Origin: an uncultured Gemmatimonadales bacterium
GTDB taxonomy: Bacteria > Gemmatimonadota > Gemmatimonadetes > Gemmatimonadales > GWC2-71-9
Direction: 5' to 3'
Assembly (NCBI GenBank): GCA_963842945.1
Contig: CAWJIM010000002.1
Location: forward strand, 96,001 to 160,000
DNA: 64,000 nt
In this document: positions 14,335 to 26,582 of the stretch, piece after piece
Layout of the letters: the number at the start of each line of letters is the position of its first letter
Position numbering within the stretch: the stretch's first letter is position 1
Notes under the pieces: generated by a model
Database searches by the model: none
Seen by the model: only the letters and a program-made list of their open reading frames with translations
Told to the model about the DNA's origin: nothing
Program-made: the position numbers and the translations under genes

Positions 14335-17300
14335 ATGTCGCCAGTGTCGCAACGCCGTTCCCGCCTGCGTACCATCGTCCTCTGGGCCGCTCCGCTCACC
14401 TGGCTGGGCTGCGGCGGGGGCGGCGGCACCGACATAGTGCTTCCCTCGCTCAGCGTCACCACCGCCACCGACGGAGTCGAGCTCGACCCCGACGGGTACA
14501 CCCTGATAATCGACGGCTCCGACACCGAGACCATCGGCGTATCCGCCTCGGTGGTGGTGGAGCGGCTCACCGACGGTCCACACCAGGTCCAGCTTGCCGG
14601 CCTCGCGCCCAACTGCTCGGCACAGGGAGAGAATCCCCAGTCGGTCACGGTTCACTCCGGCAGCACTACCACCGCCTCCTTCTCCGTCCGGTGCAGCGCC
14701 ACCAGCGGAAGCATCGAAGTGGCCACCTCGACCAGCGGCTCGCCGGCCGACCCCGACGGATTCACCCTGCTGGTCGATGCCAATCCATGGGGCCCCATCC
14801 CGCCGGGCGGAACGGCCAATGTTGCGGGCGTGACCCCCGGCTCACACAGTGTCGGTCTCGACCGGCCTGGCCGCCAACTGCCAGGTGGACGGGGATAACC
14901 CCCGCACCGTCACGGTGGCGGGGGGTGAGACGGTTCAGGTTCCCTTTAGCGTGACCTGCGCCGACCCAGGACCCGCTCCGGGAACGCTAACCGTCACGGC
15001 CACGACCAGCGGCTCGGATCCGGACCCCGACGGCTACAGCGTGTCGCTCGACGGCGGAGCCAGTCAGCCGCTCGGCGTTAACGCCTCTATCAGCTTGCCC
15101 AACATTCCAAGCTCGTCGCACCAGGTGGAGCTCATCGGCGTCGCGCTGAACTGCACGGTGAGCGGGGCCAATCCCAGGAACGTGACGGTTGCGGCCGGGA
15201 AGACCGCCAGTGTGGCTTTCAACGTGACGTGCTCGGCGCCCACGCCGGATGCAGGCAGCCTCGAAGTCACCACGAGCCACTACCGGTACCGACCCGGACG
15301 ACGGCTACACGGTCACCGTCGATGGCGGCACGGCTCAGTCCATCGGTGCCAATGCCACGATCTCCCTGGCGAACGTGCCAGCAGCGGAGCACCAGGTGCG
15401 ACTGCAGGGAATCGCGGACAACTGTACGGTGCAAGGCGCCAACCCGGTCCCGGTAACGGTCACCAGCGGAGCCGTGGGCCGAGCCGCTTTTCAGCTGACC
15501 TGCACCGCTCGGCCGCCTCAGCCCGGCACTCTCCGGGTGAACGTCACGACCACGGGGGCATCCCAGGACGGCAGCTACACGGTAAGCGTGGACGGGGCAA
15601 CGGCGCTGACGCTCAGCGGCGGGCGCACCATTCAGAATCTGACCCCAGGCTCGCATTCGGTGTTGCTGGGCGACGTCGCGGCCAACTGTACCGTCTCTGG
15701 ATCGAACCCCGCGGACCGTCACGGTGACCGCGGGGCAGACCACGACGCTCACCTTCCGGTCACCTGCGTCACAACCGGGCAATCGGTGAACCTCCGCATT
15801 CAGCGGGTGTGGCTCACCCAGAGCACGCAGAACGCGGAGGGCAGCGTCCCATTGGTCCAGTCCCGCGACGGGTTCCTCCGGGTGTTCGTCACCGCGACCG
15901 GTGGCACCCTGGTTGCGCCCGCCGTCCGGGTCCGCTTCTACCAAAGCGGAGCGTTGCTTCAGACCTTGACCATCCCGGCGCCGGGCAGCTCGACCCCATC
16001 GGCCATCCAGGAGGGCACTCTCAACAGCTCCTGGAATGTCCAGGTCCCCGGCTCGCTGATTCAGCCCAACACCTCGATGCTGGCAGACGTTGATCCGGAC
16101 AACAGCATCGCGGAGACCAACGAGGGCGACAACAACTCCACTCCCTCGGGCATGGCCCAGCCGCTCAGCGTGCAGGCGGTGCCGTCCGCCATCGTTCGCC
16201 TGGTCCCGATCCGGCAGACGGCCAACGGCCTGGTGGGAACCGTCGGCTCTGCCGATCAAGCGCTGGATCTGACCCGCCGGATGTACCCGCTCGGCAACGT
16301 CAGCACCGAAGTGCGTCAGGTGTTCACGGTCGCAGGGTCCGCTCCAGGCGTTCAACGAGAACAACGAGTGGAACCAGGTCCTGGGCGACCTGGAAGCGCT
16401 CCGGATCGCCGACGACGCGACCGACCGCACGTACTACGGCGTGGTGCACCTGGATTACACGTCAGGGATCGTGGGGAACGGATACGTGGGTGGTGGTACG
16501 CCATCGGCGCTCGGCTGGGACAATCCGTCGGACATGAGGCGGGTGATCGCGCACGAGCTGGGTCACACCTGGGGACAGTAGCACACGCCATGCGGCACAC
16601 CGCCGCGGCGTCGACCCGGCCTATCCCTACCACCTCGGGCAACATCGGGGTGTATGGCTACGACCTGGGCAACGGGACACTCAAGACTCCCAGCCAGCCG
16701 GACATCATGGGCTACTGCAACAATCCCTGGGTCAGTGACTACATCTATCAGCGAGTAATGAGCTACCGCCGAGCCCATCCACTGAACGCGCAGGCGGCCG
16801 AGGCGGCGCAGCCCTGCATCCTGGTTTGGGGCCGGATTGTGAATGGTCGCGCCATTCTCGAGCCGACCTTCCAGATCGTGACCCGGCCGCGAATGCCGCA
16901 GAGCCGCGGACCCTACACCCTCGAAGCTCAGGCAGCGGACGGCTCCTCGCTCTTCAACCTGTCCTTCGACGCTACGCCGAGGGCGGACGCGGGTCAGAAC
17001 AGCAGACACTTCGCCTTCGCCATCCCGATCGATCAGGCCACGGCGGCGCGCCTGGGAACGATGCGGCTGACCGGCCCGGGCATTCAGCTCGCCGCGGTCA
17101 GGCAGTCGGCGACGCTGCTCCAGCGCGGCCCGGTACAGGACAACATCACCGCACGGCGGGAGACCGGTGCCATTGCGCTCCAGTGGAATGCCGCTGCGCA
17201 CCCGATGCTGATGGTGCGGGACCCGGACACCGGCGAGGTGCTCTCCTTCGCCCGCGGCGGGAACGCCCGGGTGTGGACCGGCAAGAGCGCGGTGGATCTA

Positions 17301-17354
17301 GAGGTGTCGAACGGCGTGCAGAGTCACCGGGTGCGTCTGGCCATCAGCCGCTGA
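14335..17354 (+). CDS. Surface lipoprotein with five ~85-aa Ig-like repeats and an M66-like metzincin domain (indels, in-frame TAG)
   Basis: GGAGG RBS; lipobox-like WLGC; five repeats of DPDGY..DG...H.V.L...A.NC.V.G.NP..VTV..G....[29 protein letters not shown]. Confidence 0.78.
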
Positions 17355-18137
17355 TAGGCGGATGTGGGAGCCGCCTGGGTGCTCGACCCCCTGGCGGCTG
17401 CCGCAGGACGCTTTTCCTCCCCCGGCTCGACGTTCTCGGTGCGGTTGGAGTGCCAGACCCGGCTCTTTCCGCCCGCGATCTCCTCCATGGTTCGCCGGGT
17501 GGCCACCGAGGTCTGATGTTCGGCGGTGACGTCCGATCCTTCGGCCGGCATACTCGTCGCGGTGCTTGATGAGGAGCCACTGGGCCTTGCCCTTCTCGTC
17601 GCGGCGGGTGCGCACCAGCACCCAGGAGCCGCGCAGCCGTTTGCCCCTGCAGCACGAACTTGAAGTCGCCCTTCTGATACCCTCGCCGTAGCCCTTCGAT
17701 CGGATCGGGATCGCTGCCGCCGTAGCTGTACGTACCCCGGTCCCACAGCATCACCGTGCCGCCGCCGTACTCGCCTTTGGGGATGGTGCCCTCGAAGCTG
17801 TTGTACTCGATGGGATGGTCTTCCACCTGCATGGCGAGGCGCTTCACCGTCGGGTCCAGGCTGGGCCCTTTGGGAACGGCCCAACTCTTCATCACCCCGT
17901 CCAGCTCGAGCCGAAGGTCGTAGTGCAGGTGACTGGCGGCGTGCTTCTGGATGACGAAGGCCAGCTTCTGCTTGCCCGCGCACGCTACCGCCTCGTGGCT
18001 CCGCCGTCCGGGTGAAGTCCCGCTTGCGCCGATACTCGGCCAGCTGCGATTCGGCGCTTGCTGCGGACTTGGCGGCGAGTGGACGCCTTCTTCGAGCTGC
18101 TCCGTTTCGCTCGTTGCGGCTGACTTTCTTCGGGCAT
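17324..18137 (-). CDS. Stand-alone LigD 3'-phosphoesterase domain protein (indels)
   Basis: [82 protein letters not shown]. Confidence 0.9.
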
Positions 18138-18140
18138 CGA

Positions 18141-18542
18141 TCAGGATTTCCTTTTGTGCGCCACCCGCTTGGCATGCCGGGAGAGCGCGCTGTGCGAGAC
18201 CGCGGACTTGGGCTCCCGCTTGAGCCGCTGGGTCATCGCCTTGCTGCGCTTGCGCGACGGCCGGCTCGGCTTCCGCTTCCCCTGGCCCACGGCGTAGTCG
18301 CGTTCGGCCGAGCGGCGGGTGCTCTTCTTGGTCTGACCTTTCTTGGGCGGCTTGAGCGGCACCCCCGCGCGCCGGGCCTTGGACAACCCGATCGCAATGG
18401 CCTGTTCCGGCGACCGGGCGCCGTGCTTCCCCCGCGGATATGTTCGATTTCTTCCCGCACAAATTCGCCCGCAGCGGTCGACGGGCTTTTCCCGGCCCGC
18501 AGATCTGCTCGCGCTTTCTTCAGCGTTGTCTTTGTCGGGCAT
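18141..18542 (-). CDS. Small basic protein (DUF6496-like)
   Basis: [33 protein letters not shown] with a Lys/Arg-rich tail. Confidence 0.7.
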   Translation of the reverse strand: MPDKDNAEESASRSAGREKPVDRCGRICAGRNRTYPRGKHGARSPEQAIAIGLSKARRAGVPLKPPKKGQTKKSTRRSAERDYAVGQGKRKPSRPSRKRSKAMTQRLKREPKSAVSHSALSRHAKRVAHKRKS

Positions 18543-18605
18543 GCGTCGCCTCCTGCACTAACGCTGTAGGACCGGGCTCAGCGCCGCCGTGCTCGCAATC
18601 ACCTG

Positions 18606-19564
18606 TCAGAGCAGCCGATCCAGAGTTGTAGCGGCCTCGCGTGCCGCCAGGAGCGGCTTCCAGAGGTCTCCGAGCTTCCGCACCCGGTCCGGGAACGTTG
18701 TCCATCCGGAAGTCCGCGATGTCGAAGCCCTGCTCCACCTCCTCCCAGGTCACCGGCGTCGAAACGGTGGCCTGCTCGGTGGGCCGGACCGAATAGATCG
18801 ACGCCAGGGTGCGCCCCCAGGCGTTCTGGTTGTAGTCCACCAGGACCCGCCCGTGCGGCCGCTTGGCCACTCGGTACTCCGCCGTGATGAGCTGCGGATA
18901 CAGCTGCTCCATCTGCTTGGCGAACGCCTTGGCGAACTCGCCAGACGTCCTTCTGCAGCGGGCCGCGCACGATCGGGCACATAGACGTGAATGCCCTTCG
19001 AGCCGCTGGTCTTCGCCAGCGGTTTCATCCCCAGGTGAACCAGCGCATCGCGCACCACGATCGCGGTCTCCAGCACCTGCTCGAAGTCCGGCACCCTCGC
19101 CCGGATCGAGATCGAAATGCAGGTAGTCGGGCCGGTCGGTGTCGTCGCAGCGGGCGTACCACTGGTTGAGATCGATGCAGCCGAGGTTGACCACCCAGAG
19201 CAGCGAGGCGAGGTCCTGCACCATGGGGAAAGGCGATCACATTGCCCGAGTCGTGCGTGATCTCGCAGGTCTCCAGCCACTCCGGCCGGGGCGACGGGGT
19301 GCGCTTCATGAAGAACCACTTGCCCCGAATCCCGTTGGGGTAGCGCTTCATCACCATCGCGCGGTCCTTCAGGTGCGGCAGCAGCACCGGGGAGACGTCG
19401 GCGTAGTACTGGAGCAGATCGCGCTTGGTGAGACCCAGCTCGGGCCAGAAGACCTTTCGAGATTGGTCAGCTGTACCGTCCGGTCCCCGATCCGTACGAC
19501 CTCGTTCTCGGAGCCGGTGGGCAGCTGCACTGGCCGCGGAGCGAATGGCCGGCTTCGGTGTCAC
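18606..19564 (-). CDS. Stand-alone LigD-type primase-polymerase domain (indels)
   Basis: KVFWPELGLTKRDLLQYY, KRYPNG, FDLDPG, KTSGSKGIHVYVP, VLVDYNQNAWGRTLASIYSVRP, VSTPVTWEE. Confidence 0.9.
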
Positions 19565-20174
19565 CGCCGGCGGGCCAATTTAGGCGGGCGCGGGCCTCGC
19601 CGGATCGCCCCGGCCACCGGCTGGTAGGTCAGCTCCTGGCCTCGCTTCGCGCCGCCCGAAGCAGAAGCCCGCCCCGGCTCATGTCGCCCCGGCCCACGAA
19701 CTCCACGGGAAAGAGGAGCCGCTCGCCCAGCATCTCCAGCAGCACGTCCACGTACTTCCCGGTCGCCACACTGCCGAGCAGGACGACCTCGAGGTCGTCG
19801 AGCTGCTCGAGCCGGGCCGAGGTCGCGCCTCAACGGGGTGCGGTACTCGGGACGATCCGCGCGGATGTCGACCGTGCCGAACTCGCGCAGGTCCGCGAGG
19901 CCGATCGGGGTGTCGGGCGGGAGCAGTCCCCGGTCGGTGGTGATGACTTGAACTCCGGCCTGCCCTCGGGCGGACGGGCGAAGTGGGCGGCGTAGGTCAG
20001 CTTTCCCCGGAAATAGAGTCCGCTGAGGAAGCTGAACGCCTCACCCAGGGAGATGCCCGGCGAGCGAAGCCGCTGGGCCAGGGGAAAGGCCGCCCGTTCG
20101 TTGAGCAGAATGGCGGCGCGCTTGCCGCCACAGTGCGCGGGAGAGAGAAGAAAGATTCGCCGTGCGGGCATCAA
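19561..20174 (-). CDS. Conserved hypothetical protein, possibly YaaA-like (indels)
   Basis: Reconstructed across frames: IFLLSPA...FLSGLYFRGK...VQVITTDRGLLPPDTPI...VVLLGSVATGKY...GRGDMSRGGLLLRAA; 4-bp overlap with the primase-polymerase gene. Confidence 0.7.
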
Positions 20175-20219
20175 TCCTAGCTGGATTGCCTCGCCCGGTC
20201 CCGGTAGCGCACCCGGTCG

Positions 20220-20650
20220 TTAGCCCGGCGTCCCCGCGGAGCCGGCGGGCCCAGGATGGGTGCCAGGAACTTGTGCAGGGTCTCGGTGGTGAAGGGCTTC
20301 TCCAGGAAGGGCAGCTCGGGATAGGCCGGCGACCAGCTCGGCGATCTCGCCCACCGGGTAGGCCGACATCAGAATGATCGGCAGCCGGGGATGCAGGTCC
20401 CGGGCCCGCTCGGCCAGCTCGCCTCCATCCATGTATGGCATGACCACATCGGTGAGTACGAGACGGATCTCGCCCGGGTGCTGCTGGATGTAGCGGAGCG
20501 CCTCGCGGCCATCGCGCGCGGTTCGGGCCTGGTAGCCCAGGGCGCGAACCATGCGGCAGGTTGTACTGAGCGGGGCGTCTCTTCATCATCGACGATCAGC
20601 ACCGTGGGTTCGGCGGAGAAACGGGACCGGCGGTCTCCTCGGCTGGGCAT
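20220..20650 (-). CDS. Single-domain response regulator
   Basis: VLIVDDE, LVLTDVVMPYMDG, IILMSAY, FLEKPF across indels. Confidence 0.85.
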
Positions 20651-20906
20651 GCGGGCTCCGGGCAGCGCAGGCTGCCTTTGCCCTCCCCACGAAGAGGGAC
20701 TCTATGAATGTCGTCCGCACGCCAAGGTCGCGCGGCTATAACCCACATCAAGTAAGACCGCTAACTCTCCAGTATGCAAGGGGTATAGGCCGAGGAGGGG
20801 CCGGATTGCACGGGCGATTATACGAGCGCTGCAGGACTCGGGGAAATCGGCCAGACTCCTGGGGGGCTGCCCGCGGTCAGTGACACCGCGAGCAGTTCCC
20901 CATCGA

Positions 20907-21131
20907 TCAGGCGGGCGGCTGAGTGGTGCACATGTGCTTGGTGTTCGAGTACTGCGACTGCAGGAAGTAGTGACGAGCCTTCAGCAGGAGATTGCTGCCG
21001 AAGGTGGAGCACATGTCCGAGATCTCGAAGCCGAACAGCGCATTGGCCCAGGCGTCGAAGTCGGGATCGGTAATGGTTTCCAAAACCTCATGCGCCAGGG
21101 TGGAGCCGGTGGCGTGGTACACAGACTTCAC
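20907..21131 (-). pseudogene. C-terminal fragment of a Phi-1/EXORDIUM-like secreted protein
   Basis: LAHEVLETITDP..DAW....EISDMC....YFLQSQYSN..HMC; no N-terminal part upstream. Confidence 0.55.
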
Positions 21132-21277
21132 CCGGCGGGTCTTGCGATCGATCCTGCCCCGGGCCTCCGTGCGGCCTTATCGCCCGGCCGGCGCAGTCTG
21201 ATATCGATTTTGGCGGGAGGACCGGGATGATGATGAAGGTGGCGGCGATAAGACATGCTGTTGTTGGAACGGTTCGT

Positions 21278-21833
21278 TCAGCGAACCGAGACCATCAATA
21301 TGTGCACCGGCTCCTGGGTGGGGTTCTGCCACCTTCGCGCAACGCCCGGTCTGATCGTCACTGCGTCACCGGGATGTAACTCGTGTTCCTGCGCCTTTGC
21401 TCCCCTGGCCTCGTTCGGCTGCTCCAGTGAAAGAACCGCGGAGCCTTTGAGTAGATAGGCGAACTCCTCCCGAGTCGATGAGTAGGGCCGCGTACCGCTG
21501 GTTCCCCCCGGCCCCAGAATCAGCAGCACGGGCTCCAGCCGGGCATCCCTCCGAGTACTCCCAGTGCCTCCAGCCGGGCCTTGGACCAGTCACTGGTAAG
21601 GGCAACCCGAGCTTCGACCCGGGTGACGTATGACGACGCCGACTTGGGGCGGTCCGCACCTTCGAAAATCTGGCCCATGCTGACGCCGAGTGCCAGCGCG
21701 ATGCGCTCCATCGACGCGATGGAGGGAGAGGCCTGGCCGTTTTCGACTTGGGAAAGGAAGCTGGCCGAGAACCCCGCCCGCTCCGCCAGAGACTCGTCAT
21801 CTGACTCAGGACGTGCTGGCGGAGTGGATCCAT
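21278..21833 (-). CDS. XRE-family HTH plus cupin regulator; N-terminus possibly degraded
   Basis: LAERAGFSASFLSQVENGQASPSIASMERIALALGV; cupin EEFAYLLKG...LHPGDAVTI...WQNP. Confidence 0.75.
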
Positions 21834-22036
21834 GAGCTGGAGGATCTAACCGAACGCTCCTACTCGCAGTGGCCGTCCCGCGAGAGCGATGGGTACGAGC
21901 AGGAGAGCAGGCGCTGGCAGACGTGGCTTCCAGAGGGTTTGCTGCTGGCGGAACCCGAGCGCAGACGCCAGACAGCATGAGGCATCGAGATCTCGAGTAG
22001 AACGATCCCGACATCCGGGGCCCGGCCCGGGCAAAT

Positions 22037-22064
22037 GGAAAAGCCCGGCAGCATCCGGGCTTCC
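22037..22064 (-). terminator. Terminator-like hairpin after tRNA-Met
   Basis: aagcccgg...ccgggctt stem followed by a short U run on the minus strand. Confidence 0.55.
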
Positions 22065-22075
22065 GATCCTCCAAG

Positions 22076-22149
22076 TAGCAGGGGCGGGACTCGAACCCGC
22101 GACCCCGGCATTATGAGTGCCGTGCTCTAACCAGCTGAGCTACCCTGCC
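22076..22149 (-). tRNA. tRNA-Met (CAT), elongator type
   Basis: GGCAGGGTAGCTCAGCTGGTTAGAGCACGGCA-CTCATAA-TGCCGGGGTCGCGGGTTCGAGTCCCGCCCCTGCTA cloverleaf; CCA not encoded. Confidence 0.93.
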
Positions 22150-22160
22150 GTCTTCTTCCA

Positions 22161-22324
22161 ACAGCGTAAGCGGGAACAGCAACAGGTAAGCGGTAAGCGG
22201 GAACTGCCCGGCTCACCCGCTACTCTCAAAAATAACCCCGCCCACTCTTTTTGCTTTTCCCGCTCACCGCTCACGCTTTTGCAGTTACCGCTCACGCTTT
22301 TGCTTCCCGCTCACGCTTTTGCGG

Positions 22325-22340
<16 letters not shown>
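22161..22340. repeat. Inverted arrays of GT(A/G)AGCG / CGCTCAC heptamers
   Basis: gtaagcgg x3 on the left; ccgctcacgctt x4 on the right. Confidence 0.85.
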
Positions 22341-23951
<1,611 letters not shown>

Positions 23952-24001
23952 TTATCTCGTGACTCGACGGCGCCCGAACCTAGCCGGGTCAACCACGATC
24001 C

Positions 24002-24987
24002 TCAACCGAAGTGGTCGAACCCTCGCAGCTCGACGGCCCGACCCTCGAGGAAGAATCGAACGCCTTTCCCTGCCTTTATGGTGCCGATTCGGGTCACGGG
24101 AATGCCCCGAAACTCGAGCGAATTCAGCCGCGGCATCGAAGTCCGGCGGCAGCGCCACCAGCAGCTCGAAGTCTTCGCCCCCCTCGGCGGCAAAGCGCAT
24201 GGGCGATTGCCCCAGCCGGTTTGCTTCCTGACTTACCCCGTCCGCCAGCGGCAGCAGAGCGAGATCGATATCCACCGCGACGCCCGAAGCCGCGGCGAGG
24301 TGCGCCGCGTCGCCGCCGAGCCCGTCGCTGAGATCGAGCATGGCCCGAGCGCCGTGCTGCGCCAGCCACCGCCCTGCGGTGATCCTGGGCTCCGGATGGG
24401 CATAGCGCCGCCGGGCTTCGGCCTGAGGCTCCCCACCTCGGCGCCAAGCCTCCAGCGCGGCGCGGGACCCGCCCAGCGCACCGGTCACCCAGAGCGCGTC
24501 ACCGGGTCTTGCACCGGCGCGGGTCACCGGCCGGCTGGTCTCTCCAATTACTGTGACCGCGATACTCCAGGCAGGGCCGGACGAGAGATCCCCTCCTGAT
24601 ACGGTGGCCCCGACCGAGGCGGCGGCGGCGCCCACACCCTGCATCACCTTCAGCAGATCGGCGGACTGGTCCGCGCCCTCGCGGTATTGTCACCGCAGAG
24701 AGCAACCCCAGTGGCTCGGCGCCTTCCGCGGCCAAATCGGAGAGCGCGGCCGCCGCGGCGCGCCACCCTGCCTCCTCCAGCGAGATCCAGTCACGCCGGA
24801 AGTGGACGCCCTCGACGCTCACGTCGGTGCTGAGCGCGAAGAACCCGTCACCCGAAGGAAAGAGAGCGCAGTCGTCGCCCAGACCAGCGGCGCGCGAGCC
24901 CAGCACCTGGATGATCCCCCGAATCCGGTCGAACTCCGCGCCTGGACCCAGTGCGATACTCCGCCCCGGGCCCGCTTCGGGCTTCAC
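24002..24987 (-). CDS. thiL: Thiamine-monophosphate kinase
   Basis: LGDDCA, STDVSVEGVHF, ALSDLAAEGA, GGD, MLDLSDGL, GGEDFELL, GFDHF. Confidence 0.92.
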
Positions 24988-26550
24988 GGGCGGATGACGT
25001 TGAGCCGGAAGCGCACCAGGCCGCCGTCGGTCGCGACCCAGAGATATTCCTCGTCCACCGCGAGATCGTTGGCGGCACCGGGGAGGTCGCCTTCCCGGAG
25101 CGGACGGAGCGGCGGGGTCGTGAGCCGGGCAAAGCCGACGCCTCGATCACCGGCGACCCAGAATCCCTCCCGGTCGGCCACGAAGCGCCTGAGCCTTCCC
25201 AGCAGGCCCGAGAGGTTGGGACCCAGGGTCCACTGGCGGCTGCGGGGATTGCGCCAGAGGAGCTGATCCCGAGTGAGCGCCACGAGCGTATCGGCGAGCG
25301 GAGCCAGGTCGACCACATCGGCCTGCAGGCTGGGAGAAGACAGCTCGGCCGGGCGCACCAGATTTTGCTCGTCCGGCAGGGCGAGGAGCAGCCCTGCTGG
25401 AGTACCGGCCCAGACCGAGTCGCCCGAAGGAAACACGGCGTACACCGCATCACTGTACTGCGGCGCAATGCGCTCGACCCGGAGCGAGTCGCTCAGCCGG
25501 GCGGCTCCATGCGCCGTGCCCACGACGATCCGGCCGGCGCGCGAGACGATCGAGTACACCCGGCTGTCGGGAAGACCCTGCCGCTGATCCACCAGCCGGA
25601 CGCTGCTGTCCGACGGCTCCACCCGGGCCACCCCGAAATCGGTGGCCGCCCAGACCGCCTTTCCCTGTCCCGCCAGCTCTTTCACCTGACTGAAGGGCGT
25701 TCCGATCGCGGAGGTCCCGGGCAAGGAAAGGAAGCGCGCCAGATCGGTGGATACGAAGGTGAGCGCGGCGTCGTTGAAGGAGGTCCGGTCGGTGGCGGCC
25801 CAGACCCCGCCCGGCCAGCTGAAGACGGCGCTCACGCGGTTACCCGGGAGCCCAAAGCTCAGTCGCTCCGGCAGCGGTGACCCATCAGCCAGGTAGAGAA
25901 CCCCGAGTCCGGAGGTTCCCAGATACCAGCCGCGATTGTCGAACGAGCGGGCGGCAGCGGTGTAGCGGACGGTGCGGAGGCGATTATCGGTGAGAATATT
26001 TGCGGCGTTGGCCTGGAGCGCCGGGTTGGCTCGGATCGCCTCGGCTACGGTCTGCGGCGCGGTGGGGTTAGCCGGCGGCGGTGAGGGTTGAGGAAACGTT
26101 GCCCCGCGGGGGACCAGTTGCCATCCTGAGCGAGTCCGCAGGAACAGGCCGACGCCGGGATTGTCCTGATCGAACGCGATGGCCTGTATCCCCTCGGGAA
26201 CCAGCCCCTGGTCCCAGAGCTGAATGTCCGGCTGGTAGTGGATCCAGCGATCCGTTCGTGCCAGCCAGAGCGAGTTGTCCAGCGGATCGGTGAGACCGGC
26301 AAACACCTGGGTCAGCAGGTTGCGGTCCGGAGGATCGAAGGAGCCCTCCCAGCGCTGGAACTGCGGGATTCCAGATCAGGACGCCGCTGGTCGACACCAT
26401 GTACACCCGCTCGGCGGAGGCGGCGATGGCATTGATCCGGCTGAAGTCGCCGATGACGGTGCGATCTTCGGGTCGCCAGTCCCGGCTGAACGACTGAGCG
26501 TGGCCGCGCGGGGGGCAGATCAGGAGGACAACGACAAGCAAGCGACGCAT
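24984..26550 (-). CDS. Secreted beta-propeller protein
   Basis: Signal peptide MRRLLVVVLL; repeated VWAATD.G and GLP..RV blades. Confidence 0.7.
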
Positions 26551-26582
26551 GGCAAGAATCTATACCGCCCCGGGACGCGACC

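Noticed and set aside
22076..22149. tRNA-Ile2 (CAT), given that tilS is nearby
   Set aside because: The GGC-starting acceptor stem and A31-U39 pair resemble elongator tRNA-Met; not formally excluded.
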